Positions 37,596 to 49,710 of a stretch of DNA of 64,000 nucleotides are shown piece by piece (position 1 is the stretch's first letter; each line of letters begins with the position of its first letter). The stretch spans positions 682,001 through 746,000 of the forward strand of contig NW_025963924.1 of the NCBI RefSeq assembly GCF_023055435.1. The letters run 5' to 3'. The translations under genes were made by a program, and so were the position numbers. The notes under the pieces are model-generated. The model searched no databases and was not told the origin of the DNA. It worked only from the letters and a program-made list of their open reading frames with translations. Source of the DNA: Haliotis rufescens (taxonomy: Eukaryota).

Positions 37596-38484
37596 TCTTA
37601 GAACAAGACAAGTATAAGATTTCGTTAAATAGACTTGTGTTGATTAAATAGTCGAGAGAGTCGGTAAACTACATCCCATTGTATTGTCTTACTTATGATT
37701 ACATCATGTGAAGGCACATTAATGCTTGACGCACTTACACAAAGCGATCTTAGCGATGCGACTATTGTAAGTTTTAAAGTATGGGAGGTACAATAGGCCA
37801 GTGAATGCATTAAATACGCTTTGTGCATGTCGGCACTGGTTGTTTTAACGCTTGATACATGTCTCGAGTCTAGTGCAAGACGATAAACTGTTACCATCAA
37901 CCACCACTTCAAACATCGACCTTGAATTATGTTTAATCATCGCTGAGAGCCAAAATGCATTTCTCTCACCCCTTGAGTTGACCTGCTAGTCTCCACGTAC
38001 ATCTACTCACCTACACAATACACCTGGATTTTTTTAGAGGTTTTAGGGAGGGACGTTTTAAGAAACAACAAATACTTACAGGTAGACAATGAATATCCGC
38101 GCGTGGGGGAGATCAACACAAAACGACAAAAATCTATTTGGAGACACTTTTCAGAATTAATGCGGTAGTTTGTTTTTTTCTGGTTAATTGAACTGTAAGA
38201 AGTGTTGGGTTAATAAGGCCTGTCGTAAGAAAAGTGTTAATCTTCTTTAAATACTGAGTGTTATTCATCATCAACTAACCTTGGTGTCCTAATGGTGCTT
38301 GAAAGGATTTTGCTGAGCAGCAGAAGAAAAGAACGTTTGTTTTTCGGTGTGCTTGGTCAATATGTAAACTTTAGTTTCGTTCTAATGGTTTCTAAAAGAA
38401 ATGGACTTGAGTATTCTAGACGAGCGTATGGTGCACTTGCTAGTGCGCAAATCACGAAATATCTTACAAATTAGATGTATGTAC

Positions 38485-38708
38485 GTTTCCTCAATAAAAC
38501 GCGATACGCCACGAAGTGAAGTATATTATATAATTGATATCAAACAAATTACTCCTGAGGTTTCCTTAATAAAACGTCATAAACCACAAAGTGTAGTATA
38601 TTTGATAAAATGTATATTAATACAAATCATTCATGGGGTTTCCGTAATAAAAACACCTTAAGCCACGATGTAAAGTATACGTTTAATGTTAAAACATATT
38701 ATTCAATA
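38485..38708. repeat. Three diverged ~75-78-bp tandem units
   Basis: GTTTCC..AATAAAA...CCAC-A...AGTATA starts at 38485, 38560 and 38638. Confidence 0.7.
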
Positions 38709-39107
38709 ATTGGAATGTTTAATATACATGGTCTTTGCGCATTCTGAAAACGACTTAATTGAGTGTATAGCTTTGTAGCCTCAATGTCACAACATCAGGG
38801 ACTGAAAGAAATTGTTATGTGAAAACGAAACTTATACTTTTCTACATCTTGTGATGCTTTTTGGTGTATGTTTTCAGTTGGCCGAATGTTGCTTTAAGTT
38901 GAATCATCAACGCTAATTAATTAGGTAATAGTCGCAAGTTCATTGGTACATTCTCATGCACACGTTCTTCAATAGCTACGTAAATGGTCGCTAAAAATCG
39001 ACATAATATCAATACAGATTCAACATAAAAATGCACCCGACAAAACCCTCTCAACTTTGTCAGCATAAACTATAGCATCACAACCCACCAACCCTCTTTA
39101 TGTCAAT

Positions 39108-40126
39108 AGAGGTTATCACGCGAGTGTGTCTGGGGATGGTAAATATCCTACATTAGGAATAAACATTGTATTTAGCGAGCCTTGGCGAGCTAAATACATA
39201 GTGTTTATTCCTAATACAGGATATTTACCATCCCCAAACACACAAGCGTGATAACCTCTTCATCATATAATGTCATTCTTTAATTCTGTGCTTCAAAATC
39301 GCTTTCCCTGTCTCACAAACATTACCGAAACATTGCGAGTTTTCCTCGAATGCGCGCATTAATATTTATTACGTCACAGGGTTAGTGTTGTGTCAGTCGG
39401 AAAGTGACAGTAGCCAATATAGTTCCAACTGAAATCTGTTTCTTATACAGTGGCGAAGCAACATATACGCAAAACAACAATTGTTTTTAATTGCCTTTCG
39501 CGGCAATCCATCAGTCTGTCCGCTAGAGTAACTGCCCTTTGTCAAAGGGAAGCTACTCTACCCCTAGTCTATGAGACGCCACGGCCGCGGTCAGACGTTG
39601 TTGACAGTCGGTCTGTCCTGTCATCACGTTAAGAAGTGTAGTCAGATGTACACACAACGACAAAACCAAACAAGGTAACAATACAAACATATTTCGGACA
39701 AATCCAACTATTTTAATTTGTTGAGAAGGTTTCAAGCCGCAGATGTCAACAAGCACAGATATGGCAACTGATCCCGCTTGGCTAGGCCTCGTGCCCTCGC
39801 AAAATTGTTTCGAAATTTATATCTCCAAAGTTGCAAAAACTTATAAAATGCCTTAGCTAAGTCATAGTTACACACTGATTTTCAGTATATTAGACTGTTC
39901 TTTTGATAATGATAGCAATTATCCCTGTAGTTTATCCAGATTCCCGATGGTTAATTCTGACTCGATCGCCGAATGACGAGGGCGACGCCATGTTTGTTTA
40001 TAAACAGTGAAAGTAGTCCCTACTTGACCTTCGATATTTGCATCTCTATCCGCATATGACCCCAACGGATATCGTTTTTATCCGTTGGCTTTATCCTGCC
40101 GAGAAACCTACCCATTATATGATAAA
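39108..40126. mobile_element. Non-autonomous DNA element with a terminal ~150-bp palindrome and an internal inverted repeat (Crypton-derived-like architecture)
   Basis: Hairpin at 39108-39259; TTCATCATATAATG (39259-39272) is inverted relative to CATTATATGATAAA (40113-40126). The class assignment is inference. Confidence 0.6.
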
Positions 40127-40323
40127 GTCGAATACGTTACGAGTTTCCCTTCTCATATGACGTCATTGTCAATGGGTACCTGTCTTAGCCCTGCGGTTAA
40201 AGTGTTCGCTGGTCACAAAAAGCAGCCGGGTCGTGTCCCGCACAGGAATAAAGTGTGATGCCAGTTTCTGTAATATTGCTAAAAGCGGCAAAAAAACATT
40301 CTCATTCACTAACTAATCTATCT

Positions 40324-40550
40324 CCCCGTGAAGATCCGGGTTAGAACAGGTCTTAACCAACCCATGCTTGCCGTAAAAGGCGACTATGCTTGTCGTAAGA
40401 GCCGACTAGGGGCCTAACAGGATCGGGTGGTCAGGCTCGCTGACTTAGTTGATGCATGTCATCGTATCCCAATTGCGTAGATCGATGCTCATGATTTCAA
40501 TCACTGGATTCTCTTGTCTCTTGTCCAGACAGGATTATTGACCGACCATC
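40324..40550 (+). mobile_element. SINE family A (5' end intact, tail lost), preceded by a degenerate family B copy (~40185-40315)
   Basis: CCCGTGAAGATCCGGGTTAGAACAGGTC... matches the consensus. Confidence 0.88.
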
Positions 40551-40867
40551 ACCAGTACTCGTTGGTCGTCGTCTGATGGTCGGTGACAGTGTAAGGGAGA
40601 TAACTCCCAATTCTACAGCTTGACTCACGACCACTGTTTCCGTAAGGCCAGTCATTGTGGACACGCAAATGCAGACCACACTTAAAGCCTCTTTCTTCAT
40701 GGTGATTATGATTGTTAGAAACGGTCCTTGCTGAGCATGTAAGTGCCTATGTTTGTACTTCACCAAACAGATGGATCAACATGAAAACACATTTAATGAA
40801 GTGAAATAAAATCCTTTCTTCATCAATATGGAAGAATGAGTTATGTCCCTTTTGAGCATGAGTCTGC

Positions 40868-41058
40868 TTTTGCTTGTTTGTTTGTTGTTTAACGCCGCAC
40901 TCATCAATATTCCAGCTGTATGACGGCGGTCTGTAAATAATCGAGTCTGGACTTGACAATTCAGTGATTGACATCATGAGCATCAATCCACGCAATTGGG
41001 ATACGATGACATGCATCAACCAAGTCAGCGAGCCTGACCACCCGATCCCGTTAGTCGC
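40868..41058 (-). mobile_element. 5'-truncated SINE family A
   Basis: Reverse complement of the consensus from the hairpin to the tail. Confidence 0.9.
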
Positions 41059-41889
41059 TTGTTCTTAATTGGTTCTTAATTGAAAGATATCTTATGATTA
41101 ATTCAAAAATGAAAATTCGCAATTGCAGTGCACGTTAGGTTTTGTCACAACCCTAAATAAATCTAAACACAACCCTAAATAGATCTACAAGTTTAAATTA
41201 GCTCAACAATCCCCGTTACAGTAATAAGAACACAATTCAGCTTCAGCTTTTTAACCTTTTACAGCCAAAGTTATTACTGACATATTTTATGGTAAATTAG
41301 CGCGTTTATTGCACTGTCTTGGTCGTGTGAACGTGTCTGTGTATTCCTACTACTTGGAGCAGGTTCAGTGTTCAGTGTTCGAATAAGCACCCGCCCGTAG
41401 GCCCGTGGTTGGTAGTTCCAAATTTGTGTGGGTTCTTATGACAATTATGTGTGAATTTATTTGTCACGATAAGTTGCAGGGTTTTTTTAAATGAGGGCCT
41501 GAAGAGCTTAGACAGGGCCTGCAGCTTCCAAAGTCTCTGGGTTCTGATTGCAGCCCGGCAAGTGTTTTTTGTTTTGTTTTGCTTTTATTTCAAACACTGA
41601 TTAAGTTGGTGATTCGAAGTGGATGCGGCTGCCAGATATTGAAGCGCACATAAAATATAACAATTGGCACAACCGTTAATTTAACGAACCGCCAAGCAAA
41701 TCTTTGCACAGGCACAGAAAAGGCCACAGCAAGCAGATTCAGGTATACATGTATATAGCCAAAATATATACATGTATATGATATCAGTTGTCAGTGTTTC
41801 TACAGACATACAATCCATTATGCGTGTTCCGAAAACAAACCTGTTAACCTTGTAGCTATTCAAAACTATTTATTTTGTCGCCTGGAGGC

Positions 41890-42239
41890 GAGATGTGGTG
41901 AAATGGGGTTTAACGTCGCGTTCAAGATTATTGCACTTTCTTAGCGACGTGCATGTACGTGTGTGTGGCTGTGTGTACTAGTCCGGACTAATGCCGATTT
42001 CATAGTGCTAGAGAACCTGAGATACCATATTCAGTTTAACATGAATACCCCGCTCAGACACAGTATACTGAATCCGCGCCGACCAGTCCTTGTTTTAGCC
42101 CCATGATGCCGAGCGCCAGGCAGGGTAACAACAATTACCATCTTTTTAACGTCCCTTTGAATGACGCGTCAAGGGGATCGAATCCCCGACCCTCCGCTCT
42201 CCGGGTAGACGCTCTACAACTGGAACTCGGGGGCGGTCC
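41890..42239 (-). mobile_element. SINE family C
   Basis: Homologous to 30289-30637; B box-like GGATTCGATCCC on the minus strand. Confidence 0.83.
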
Positions 42240-42779
42240 TGCCGACTGCGATGAGTACCCAGAGGGTGTTGCTTCTGATGTCACCCACAGGTTTCCTTGT
42301 CAAAGCTCAGGCCTTCATAACATGACTGTAATATTGCTGACAGCAGTGTTAAACAACATACACTCCCTGACTTAAATATACAAGTTGGAGTGAACTGGAC
42401 GGGTTGATAGGTTTAAGGAAGAAAAGCGACTTAACTCGTTGTTGTGTTTCACTTAGGAATCAACGCCCACATTTTAAAAAGGCCAGATGAAAGGGAAGTT
42501 CGAATTGTCGTGACTTGTATATGATTGAATATTGTGATAATAGAAGTCAATATCACTAAGTCACGGGTACACTGCAGAACATTGTTTGTTTTACCTCTTC
42601 CGGAACATTTATGTTGTAAATCTGACTTGTTTATCAGCTTTATTTCGATTGAAATTGGTATCCCCCACAGGACAAAGCACATAAACATTAAATACATCCC
42701 GGTGACACAAACACAGACATGTGAGAAAGACTTGACCAAGTCTCTTTAGCAATTAAAGTTTATCTGTTTCTGAGAATGT

Positions 42780-42862
42780 TTTTGTGCCCATGTCGGAGTC
42801 GAACCCGGGTCTTCAGCGTGACGAGCGAACACCTTAACCACTAGGCTACCCAACCGCTCCGG
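42780..42862 (-). mobile_element. SINE family B head fragment
   Basis: Reverse complement GGTAGCCTAGTGGTTAAGGTGTTCGCTCGTCACGCTGAAGACCCGGGTTCGACTCC. Confidence 0.8.
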
Positions 42863-43456
42863 TAATGCAAAGAGATACACGCTGGGAATATAACAAACAT
42901 AATTGGCAAAGTTTTATATGGTAAACGGTCAGATGCGAATAAAACTAAAACAAGCATCATCCAAGAGTTTGCAGAAACGGAACAGAAACAGCACCCTCCC
43001 CACCCACGGACGCTCCATCAATTGCCCACTAGAAACATGTATCCTTCAACCCTTTGTACTCTATAAAAAAAGGTGAGAACTGACCTTGACAGTCTTTGAT
43101 CTCAAAACTTGTCTTTTGCAGTACAGCTACGAAACTGTCTCCAGCTTCTCAGACAAAAACGTTATATGTACTTCCAGTTTAACTACGTCACTTCCCGTTT
43201 GAAATAGAACAAGTGCCCACTGAATGCACTGGAACGCACAAACAGGTAGATCAATGCATTCAACTACGGTAATGAATACAGATTAAATATACCCTGGACA
43301 CTTTCAGCCTCACCTTGAGCTGGCCCCAGAATATTTGCGACGGCAATGTGCTGTTACAAGTCTCTATAGCAAGTCCACTGTTAATACAGTCAGAACCACA
43401 CTGTTCAACAACAAGTCTTTCCATGTGTGAATGACCTTGACACATGGTAGATAATG

Positions 43457-43660
43457 GTGACTATGCTTGTCGTAAGAGGCGCCTAACGGGATCGGGTGGA
43501 CAGACTCGCTGACTTGGTTGATGCATGTTATCGTATCCCAATTGCGTGGATTGATGCTCATGATGTCAATCCGTAGATTGTCTGGTCCAGACTCGATTAT
43601 TTAAAGACCACCGTCATAAAGCTGGAATATTGCGGCGTTAAACAACAAGCAAACAAACAA
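43457..43660 (+). mobile_element. 5'-truncated SINE family A
   Basis: TGCTTGTCGTAAGAGGCG...GCTGGAATATTGCGGCGTTAAACAAC. Confidence 0.88.
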
Positions 43661-44559
43661 CATAGCAGATAATGAAACAAGCGTTCATTGAAATTTCTAG
43701 TGAATTAAAATGATTCTTATAAATAAGATCTCTGGTGACATTGACTTGATATAGCCAAATACTATTCACAGCGTAGCCATAACATTCCTAAGACTAAGGC
43801 CATTTCTACTTGTAGTTGCAAACGTATGATGCCAACGTCTCCAGAATATACTGTCTGCTCTCTACTTTTGAATATGAACTAGTCAATGGTATTTAAATTG
43901 ACCTAGACATATGCCTTATACATACCATATACGTGCTGATTTAATTATTGATAGTTTATATTGTTTATATTCAATACAAAATGCTTTGATTTTTCAACGA
44001 CTTAACCAAAATATTGGCTCAGACTTTTTTGTTCAATAATTGAATGTCATGTGACCTTGACCGTCAACAGAGGTCAAACATCCTCTAATCAAATCCGGGC
44101 GCCTCCATGGAGATCATGTACAGTTAGTTGTGTCAAATTAAAATACTAACTACTCAAGATATGTACCTCCCCATCCCCCACCCCATTTAAAACATCCTCA
44201 GATAAGCTTCCTCGTGCGATCCGGCATCTCCAAGCAAACACGGAACACACAACTGGGCTCCTGATTAAATGAATTCGTCGTGCTTCAGTCTTCTTTCTGT
44301 TGTTGACCAGGTCGGGTATTGGGGTATCCTGTTCTGTAATGTATACACCCTGGCCTCATCTGTTAACATTTACGGGCGACCTGTCTCCGTCTCCTGAGTT
44401 CTGGTTAAGGAAGAAAGGCCGAGTTAGAGGAAGAGGAAGAGGAACAACATTGAGAGAGCACGTTTCCTACTCTAAAAACTCCATCTATATGAGGTAAACC
44501 AGAGGCAATAAATATGGGAGTCCCACATACCTGCGTGTGGTGTTAACAAAAGCGACAAA

Positions 44560-45005
44560 ACCTTTCAATATTCTTATGAAATGTCTGCCACAACTGAGTC
44601 GAGTGTACGATTCCGACTTTATCATGAGCATACGTTTGTGAATCACTATCAAATAGTAATGATACCAGGCGTTCGCGAAAAGGTGAGCGTATCCTGTCCC
44701 ACCGGTGGCACCAGTCATAAAAACACGCAAAGGCAAGTCAATGGTTCACCCGAAAAACTGGGGAATATATGGTACACGTCAAAACAGGGAATTGCATCGC
44801 ACATAGTTTTGTCACTGATGCGTCAAATTTGGAAATACCCACCACATGTCTTCAATAAAACTTTTTGAAAGCTTACCCGAGGCGTTGAATGTTGTAATCT
44901 TCATCAAAGCAAGGGTTGTATGATGCTCGGTTTTTCCTCAAAAGTTTTGAAATGTAGATTCCAGGGGCTGAAGCTGCAGGAATATTGCTCGACATTAAGG
45001 GAATA
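44560..45005 (-). mobile_element. Penelope-like retroelement fragment (RT C-terminus + 3' UTR), pseudogenised
   Basis: The minus strand translates to SNIPAASAPGIYISKLLRKNRA...RLG*AFKKFY*RH..ISKF, matching the SNIP..PAYGVYISQLIRY..A / RL..F.KFY.RH motifs I associate with invertebrate PLE reverse transcriptases. Confidence 0.75.
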
Positions 45006-45749
45006 CAGTCTTGTGGAGAGTGTTTTGTCACTCTGAATCTCTGAACAGATAAAGCTCTGTTTCTACTTCAGGTGGGTGAATCAGTTGTCGAGAATTGGCT
45101 ATTTGATGGTTATTGAACGATACTAGATCATCGATATATCTGAAGCTTAACAAGACAAGAAGGGGAGCGCAATAAGTGTCCATGGGGATGCCTGCTGGGG
45201 AAGCCAGCTGTAGTAATGCATCTACTTGGCATATTCAAACCTGTGTCAGATTGACCCAAAGGCTTTTTGAATTCTACCAATCGCTAGGCTTCGGTTCACC
45301 GTTACCCGGGAGCAGCGACTAGAAATACCACTTTCCCCGCACGATACCAGGGCTTAAACGTTTTCCGGAGAATGCCATAACCCCAGATCAAATGTGGTGT
45401 TTAAACGAGATTTAAAAGGACAGTATTGACATTGTGGCCTATAATCACGTAATCATTCTACAACAAGCCAACAAAGATTATTAATGCTTGAATATAACAC
45501 GCGCCTATATTTTATGTGTAAAGTAAATTTAGATAGGGTGCTAAGTTGTCAATGACTTAAGCTTTGTATAACCTATGTTTATACACCGGGCGTTCATGAA
45601 TTCACACAAAAATGTGTATACATTGCGCTACTGGCCTCGTGGCCTCCAGCAAGGAGCAGCTAATGTAATTATAGACGTTTTATCAGACGTAATAGTTGCA
45701 ACTGTAGCTGGTGTACTAGAAGCAGAAGTACCTGCGGTAGCGGTTGTAG

Positions 45750-46380
45750 TCGGAACAGAAGTAACTGAAGCAGTTGTAGTGGAACAGAAGTAACTGTAGC
45801 AGTTGTAGTGGAACAGAAGTAACTGTAGCAGTTGTAGTGGGAACAGAAGTAACTGTAGCAGTTGTAGTGGGAACAGAAGTAACTGTAGCAGTTGTAGTGG
45901 GAACAGAAGTAACTGTAGCAGTTGTAGTGGAACAGAAGTAACTGAAGCAGTTGTAGTGGAACAGAAGTAACTGTAGCAGTTGTAGTGGAACAGAAGTAAC
46001 TGTAGCAGTTGTAGTGGGAACAGAAGTAACTGTAGCCGTTGTAGTGGGAACAGAAGTAACTGTAGCAGTTGTGGGAACAGAACTGTAGCAATTGTAGTGG
46101 GAACAGAAGTAACTGTAGCAGTTGTAGTGGAACAGAAGTAACTGAAGCAGTTGTAGTGGGAACAGAAGTAACTGTAGCCGTTGTAGTGGGAACAGAAGTA
46201 ACTGTAGCCGTTGTAGTGGGAACAGAAGTAACTGAAGCAGTTGTAGTGGAACAGAAGTAACTGTAGCCGTTGTAGTGGGAACAGAAGTAACTGTAGCAGT
46301 TGTAGTGGAACAGAAGTAACTGAAGCAGTTGTAGTGGGAACAGAAGTAACTGAAGCCGTTGTAGTGGAAACAGAAGTAAA
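45750..46380. repeat. 29/30-bp minisatellite G(G)GAACAGAAGTAACTGTAGCAGTTGTAGT (~21 units), followed by a SINE tail (46380-46413)
   Basis: Tandem units differing mainly by one G. Confidence 0.95.
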
Positions 46381-47511
46381 GCGGCGGTAAAGCCCAACTC
46401 ACTCACTCACTCATAACTCAGAAGTAGAACTCACTTGACAGGACGATTCACGTTTCTGGACTGCTCTCATGGGCCATTTGGCCACCTGGCGAAGTGCAGT
46501 TGACTGACATAACCTACGAAACAATGACAGATAGTACAGAGATAGTACAGAGATAGTACATGGTGCACTTCTGTCAATGCGTGGCCCGCGACTTCGAACA
46601 AAGAGCGTATATTTCTACTCCGCGCTCGAAAGAACCTATTGAATATTGTTTTTCACTTATTTCCAAGCAAACTGCTGACATATTTATGCTACGCAAATGC
46701 TCAAAATATAATCAGTCTTCCCATTAGAAGCAGTGGGCTTATTGATGGGAACACAATAGCAAACAATGTCATGCACAGGGTAAACTGCGACTGAACACGC
46801 TGTGGCAAGGTTGGTGTGACTGTCTGGTGGTAAGAGGCGCATCACCAATCACAGGGGTGTATTTGGGCGAGTTTATTTAGGTGAAGCAGGAACATGTTCT
46901 TGTGTGTTCTCGTTCGATTTTGACCAAACACCCAGAATGCATTTGTCGGTGTTACTGGGACGACCACGGTCTTATCTAAGCCTCCGATGACATTCGTGAC
47001 CAACTCGTGTTATTCCGGGACAAGCCGAATCTTCTTGCAGGTTACGGAAAGGGGCGAGTGGTGACGAATGCCTCCGACGACTCTTGTCATTATCTGCTTG
47101 GTGAAATACGTGTGCACATGCAATGTGACGTCACGGCTCATACACGTGCTTCAATGAATGAGGGTTGTAAGAATCCATGGGATCACAGGGACAAATGGGT
47201 CCTTAGTATTCCGTGGTTGTCGCTAGAACCGACTAGAGTGGAACGGGCAGCAAAACGCGTTGACTAGGCTGCAGGAATTGGGGATTTGTGAGAATTAGTT
47301 TTCAAAGTTCGTTGGCCAGGAGGGTTTGTTAAACAAAACAATGTTGCAAGCCTTCGTCATATTTTACTGGCCACAAACACTTCCGATAATATACGACATG
47401 AAAACAAAATGGTAGCAGAACATTAAATGACGCCTTAACTGACGTGATGATTCGTAGAATATCTATTGACTACAGTTTTCGACTAGACAGGCAGGTCAGC
47501 TTTACGGAAAT

Positions 47512-47930
47512 TAGGGCTAGGACGGGTAACTCGGGTACTCGGGTCGGGTGGGTACTGAGTAGGACCCATGTACCCACAGGACTACCAGGACTCATGGTTA
47601 GTCACGTGATATATTGTTTAATGACAAAAAGTATCTAAAACTCTATGTTTAAACTACAAGTCACTAATGTTCGCAGTTCTTCCTGACTACTACGCCCATT
47701 CTTTCTGACTTTTACATGTTTGAATAAAAATAAAATTTTCAGTCAACTTCAGTGTATTCACCAGATCGTTTCATACATGTATCTAAACACATTTTACCAG
47801 AGCTACGGTCAAACTTTTCCCAATCGGACAGTTTGTACGTATCTCTTGCGACCTACAGCGGGTACCCGGGTAGGGTCGGGTTATAGGGGGTGGGTACCCG
47901 GGTAGTAAATTTAGACTCGTCCCAGTCCTA
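47512..47930. mobile_element. hAT-type MITE (419 bp)
   Basis: TIRs TAGGGCTAGGACG / CGTCCCAGTCCTA, perfect 8-bp TSD ACGGAAAT (47504-47511 / 47931-47938), subterminal CGGGT repeats. Confidence 0.92.
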
Positions 47931-49533
47931 ACGGAAATGTTACTAGCCCCAATTACTGGCATTTGGCTAGAGAGCAAGAAGCTACTTTGAGCACTGCTTG
48001 GCTGATTGCATGTCTTCGTGGATCATGGATCATGGATCATGGATCGTGTGTTCAGCCACTGGTTTGTCTGGTCCAGATTCAATTATTTACAGACAGTCGT
48101 GATATGGCTGGTTTGTTGTTAACTGCTGCGTTAAACAACATTCACTTGCTCACTTACTGTGCTGCGAAAAGTGTTCAATAAACATTATTCTGTTGGAAAG
48201 CAGTTGCGTGTGATTGTGTAGATGACTCCTTTATTCTTCATTTATCAGAATATACAATTCAAATCAAACAAAATACATATGATAATAATCATTTGTAGTT
48301 CATCACTGATAGTGTTACTATAAGCTGTACAGGAACAGGCCCCGTACACAAAACGATCTTAGCGCTAAGGCGATCGTAACTACCAGGCTCCAACATAGAC
48401 TCTGGATAGTCTTAAGATGGCTTAGATTTTCATGCATTAAGTCCTATTCAACTTACACTAAGTATACCTACTCAATACGCTCTCATCGTCAGGTTATCGG
48501 TTTTCCTTTTTCGGTTTTTTAATTCGCGTCTATAAAAATGCTATCCAAAGTCTCCTTAGGGATCTAAAATCGGGATTATCCGGGATTTAACCCTAATCAC
48601 TAAGACTTAAGCGAGTTTTCCCCTGATAAGTGAGTAAAAGTAAACACAGTGATACTTCGCTACTCCCGATCCCGTTAGCCCGGAAACGCCGCCTACAGAC
48701 GCTTACAGACGTAATTATTTACTGGTACGTGTAGAGATAATTCACGTGACAACGCTACGGTTCATTCACGTCATGCCGACAATAATTATTATGGAATACT
48801 ACAAGGGACATTGTCGCATTATCGCCCTTGCCAAAACACGAAAAAAGTGTCAATCGGTCAAAAGTAAACATTTTTGGGTGGCATTTTATGTCGACTTAAC
48901 TTGAATGTGATGTCATGGCGGTGGAGGCTAATTGCTGTAATGCAGGATTAATGACGATTACCGGGCGGATTAAATTGACGTCCCTTTAAAAGACACAGGA
49001 GGTACAGACAGTGTTACACGTATGTTTTAGGGATATTTTTATTAAAGTTTTTACACGTAACTTTACATAATAAGGGCAAACATGAATGCACATAGATAAA
49101 TATAAACAAACATACATCATAATTATTTATTTACGTCTTCAAACTACTTTCCAATTAATTCAACTTTGCGCATGCGTATATCACATCTACAGTGAGACGG
49201 GAATAAGTCGTACAGCTGATGTTTAGGAGTGAGGGAGCTAAATCTGGTAATTCCGCAAGGGAGATCACTCTTGTTTTATATGATTTTCAAGTGACGGTTT
49301 TGTGTCCAGTTATGTAGCTTTTTGAGTACAATTTACTGATTAATAACAGTAAGTCAAACCAATTAAAACACTGAGTGAACGCTAATATAGCCAATGTTTC
49401 TGTAGAAAACTGTGAACTGAGGCTGACAAAAAATACCGCATGCCGATGTGAATCTGAATACACTAGGTTTTTAATTTGTTTAGTAGTAGTAGTAGTAGTA
49501 GTAGTAGTACTAGTAGTAGTGGTGGTGGTGGTT

Positions 49534-49710
49534 TTTGTTTGTTTGTATGTTGTTTAACTCCGCACTCAGCAATATTCCAGCTATATGACGGCGGTCTGTA
49601 AATAATCGAGTCTGGACCAGACAATCCAGTGATTGACGTCATGAGCATCGACCCACGCAATTGGAATATTGCTAAAAGCGGCGTAAAACCATACTCACTC
49701 ACTTACTCGC
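49534..49710. mobile_element. Chimera: family A SINE (-) fused to a family B tail (+), next to a (TAG)n microsatellite
   Basis: Junction CGCAATTGGAATATTGCTAAAAGCGG at ~49660. Confidence 0.8.

Noticed and set aside
44311-44492. Possible + strand exon (good acceptor, open frame, GTAAAC donor)
   Set aside because: No recognisable homology or partner exons; cannot be supported.
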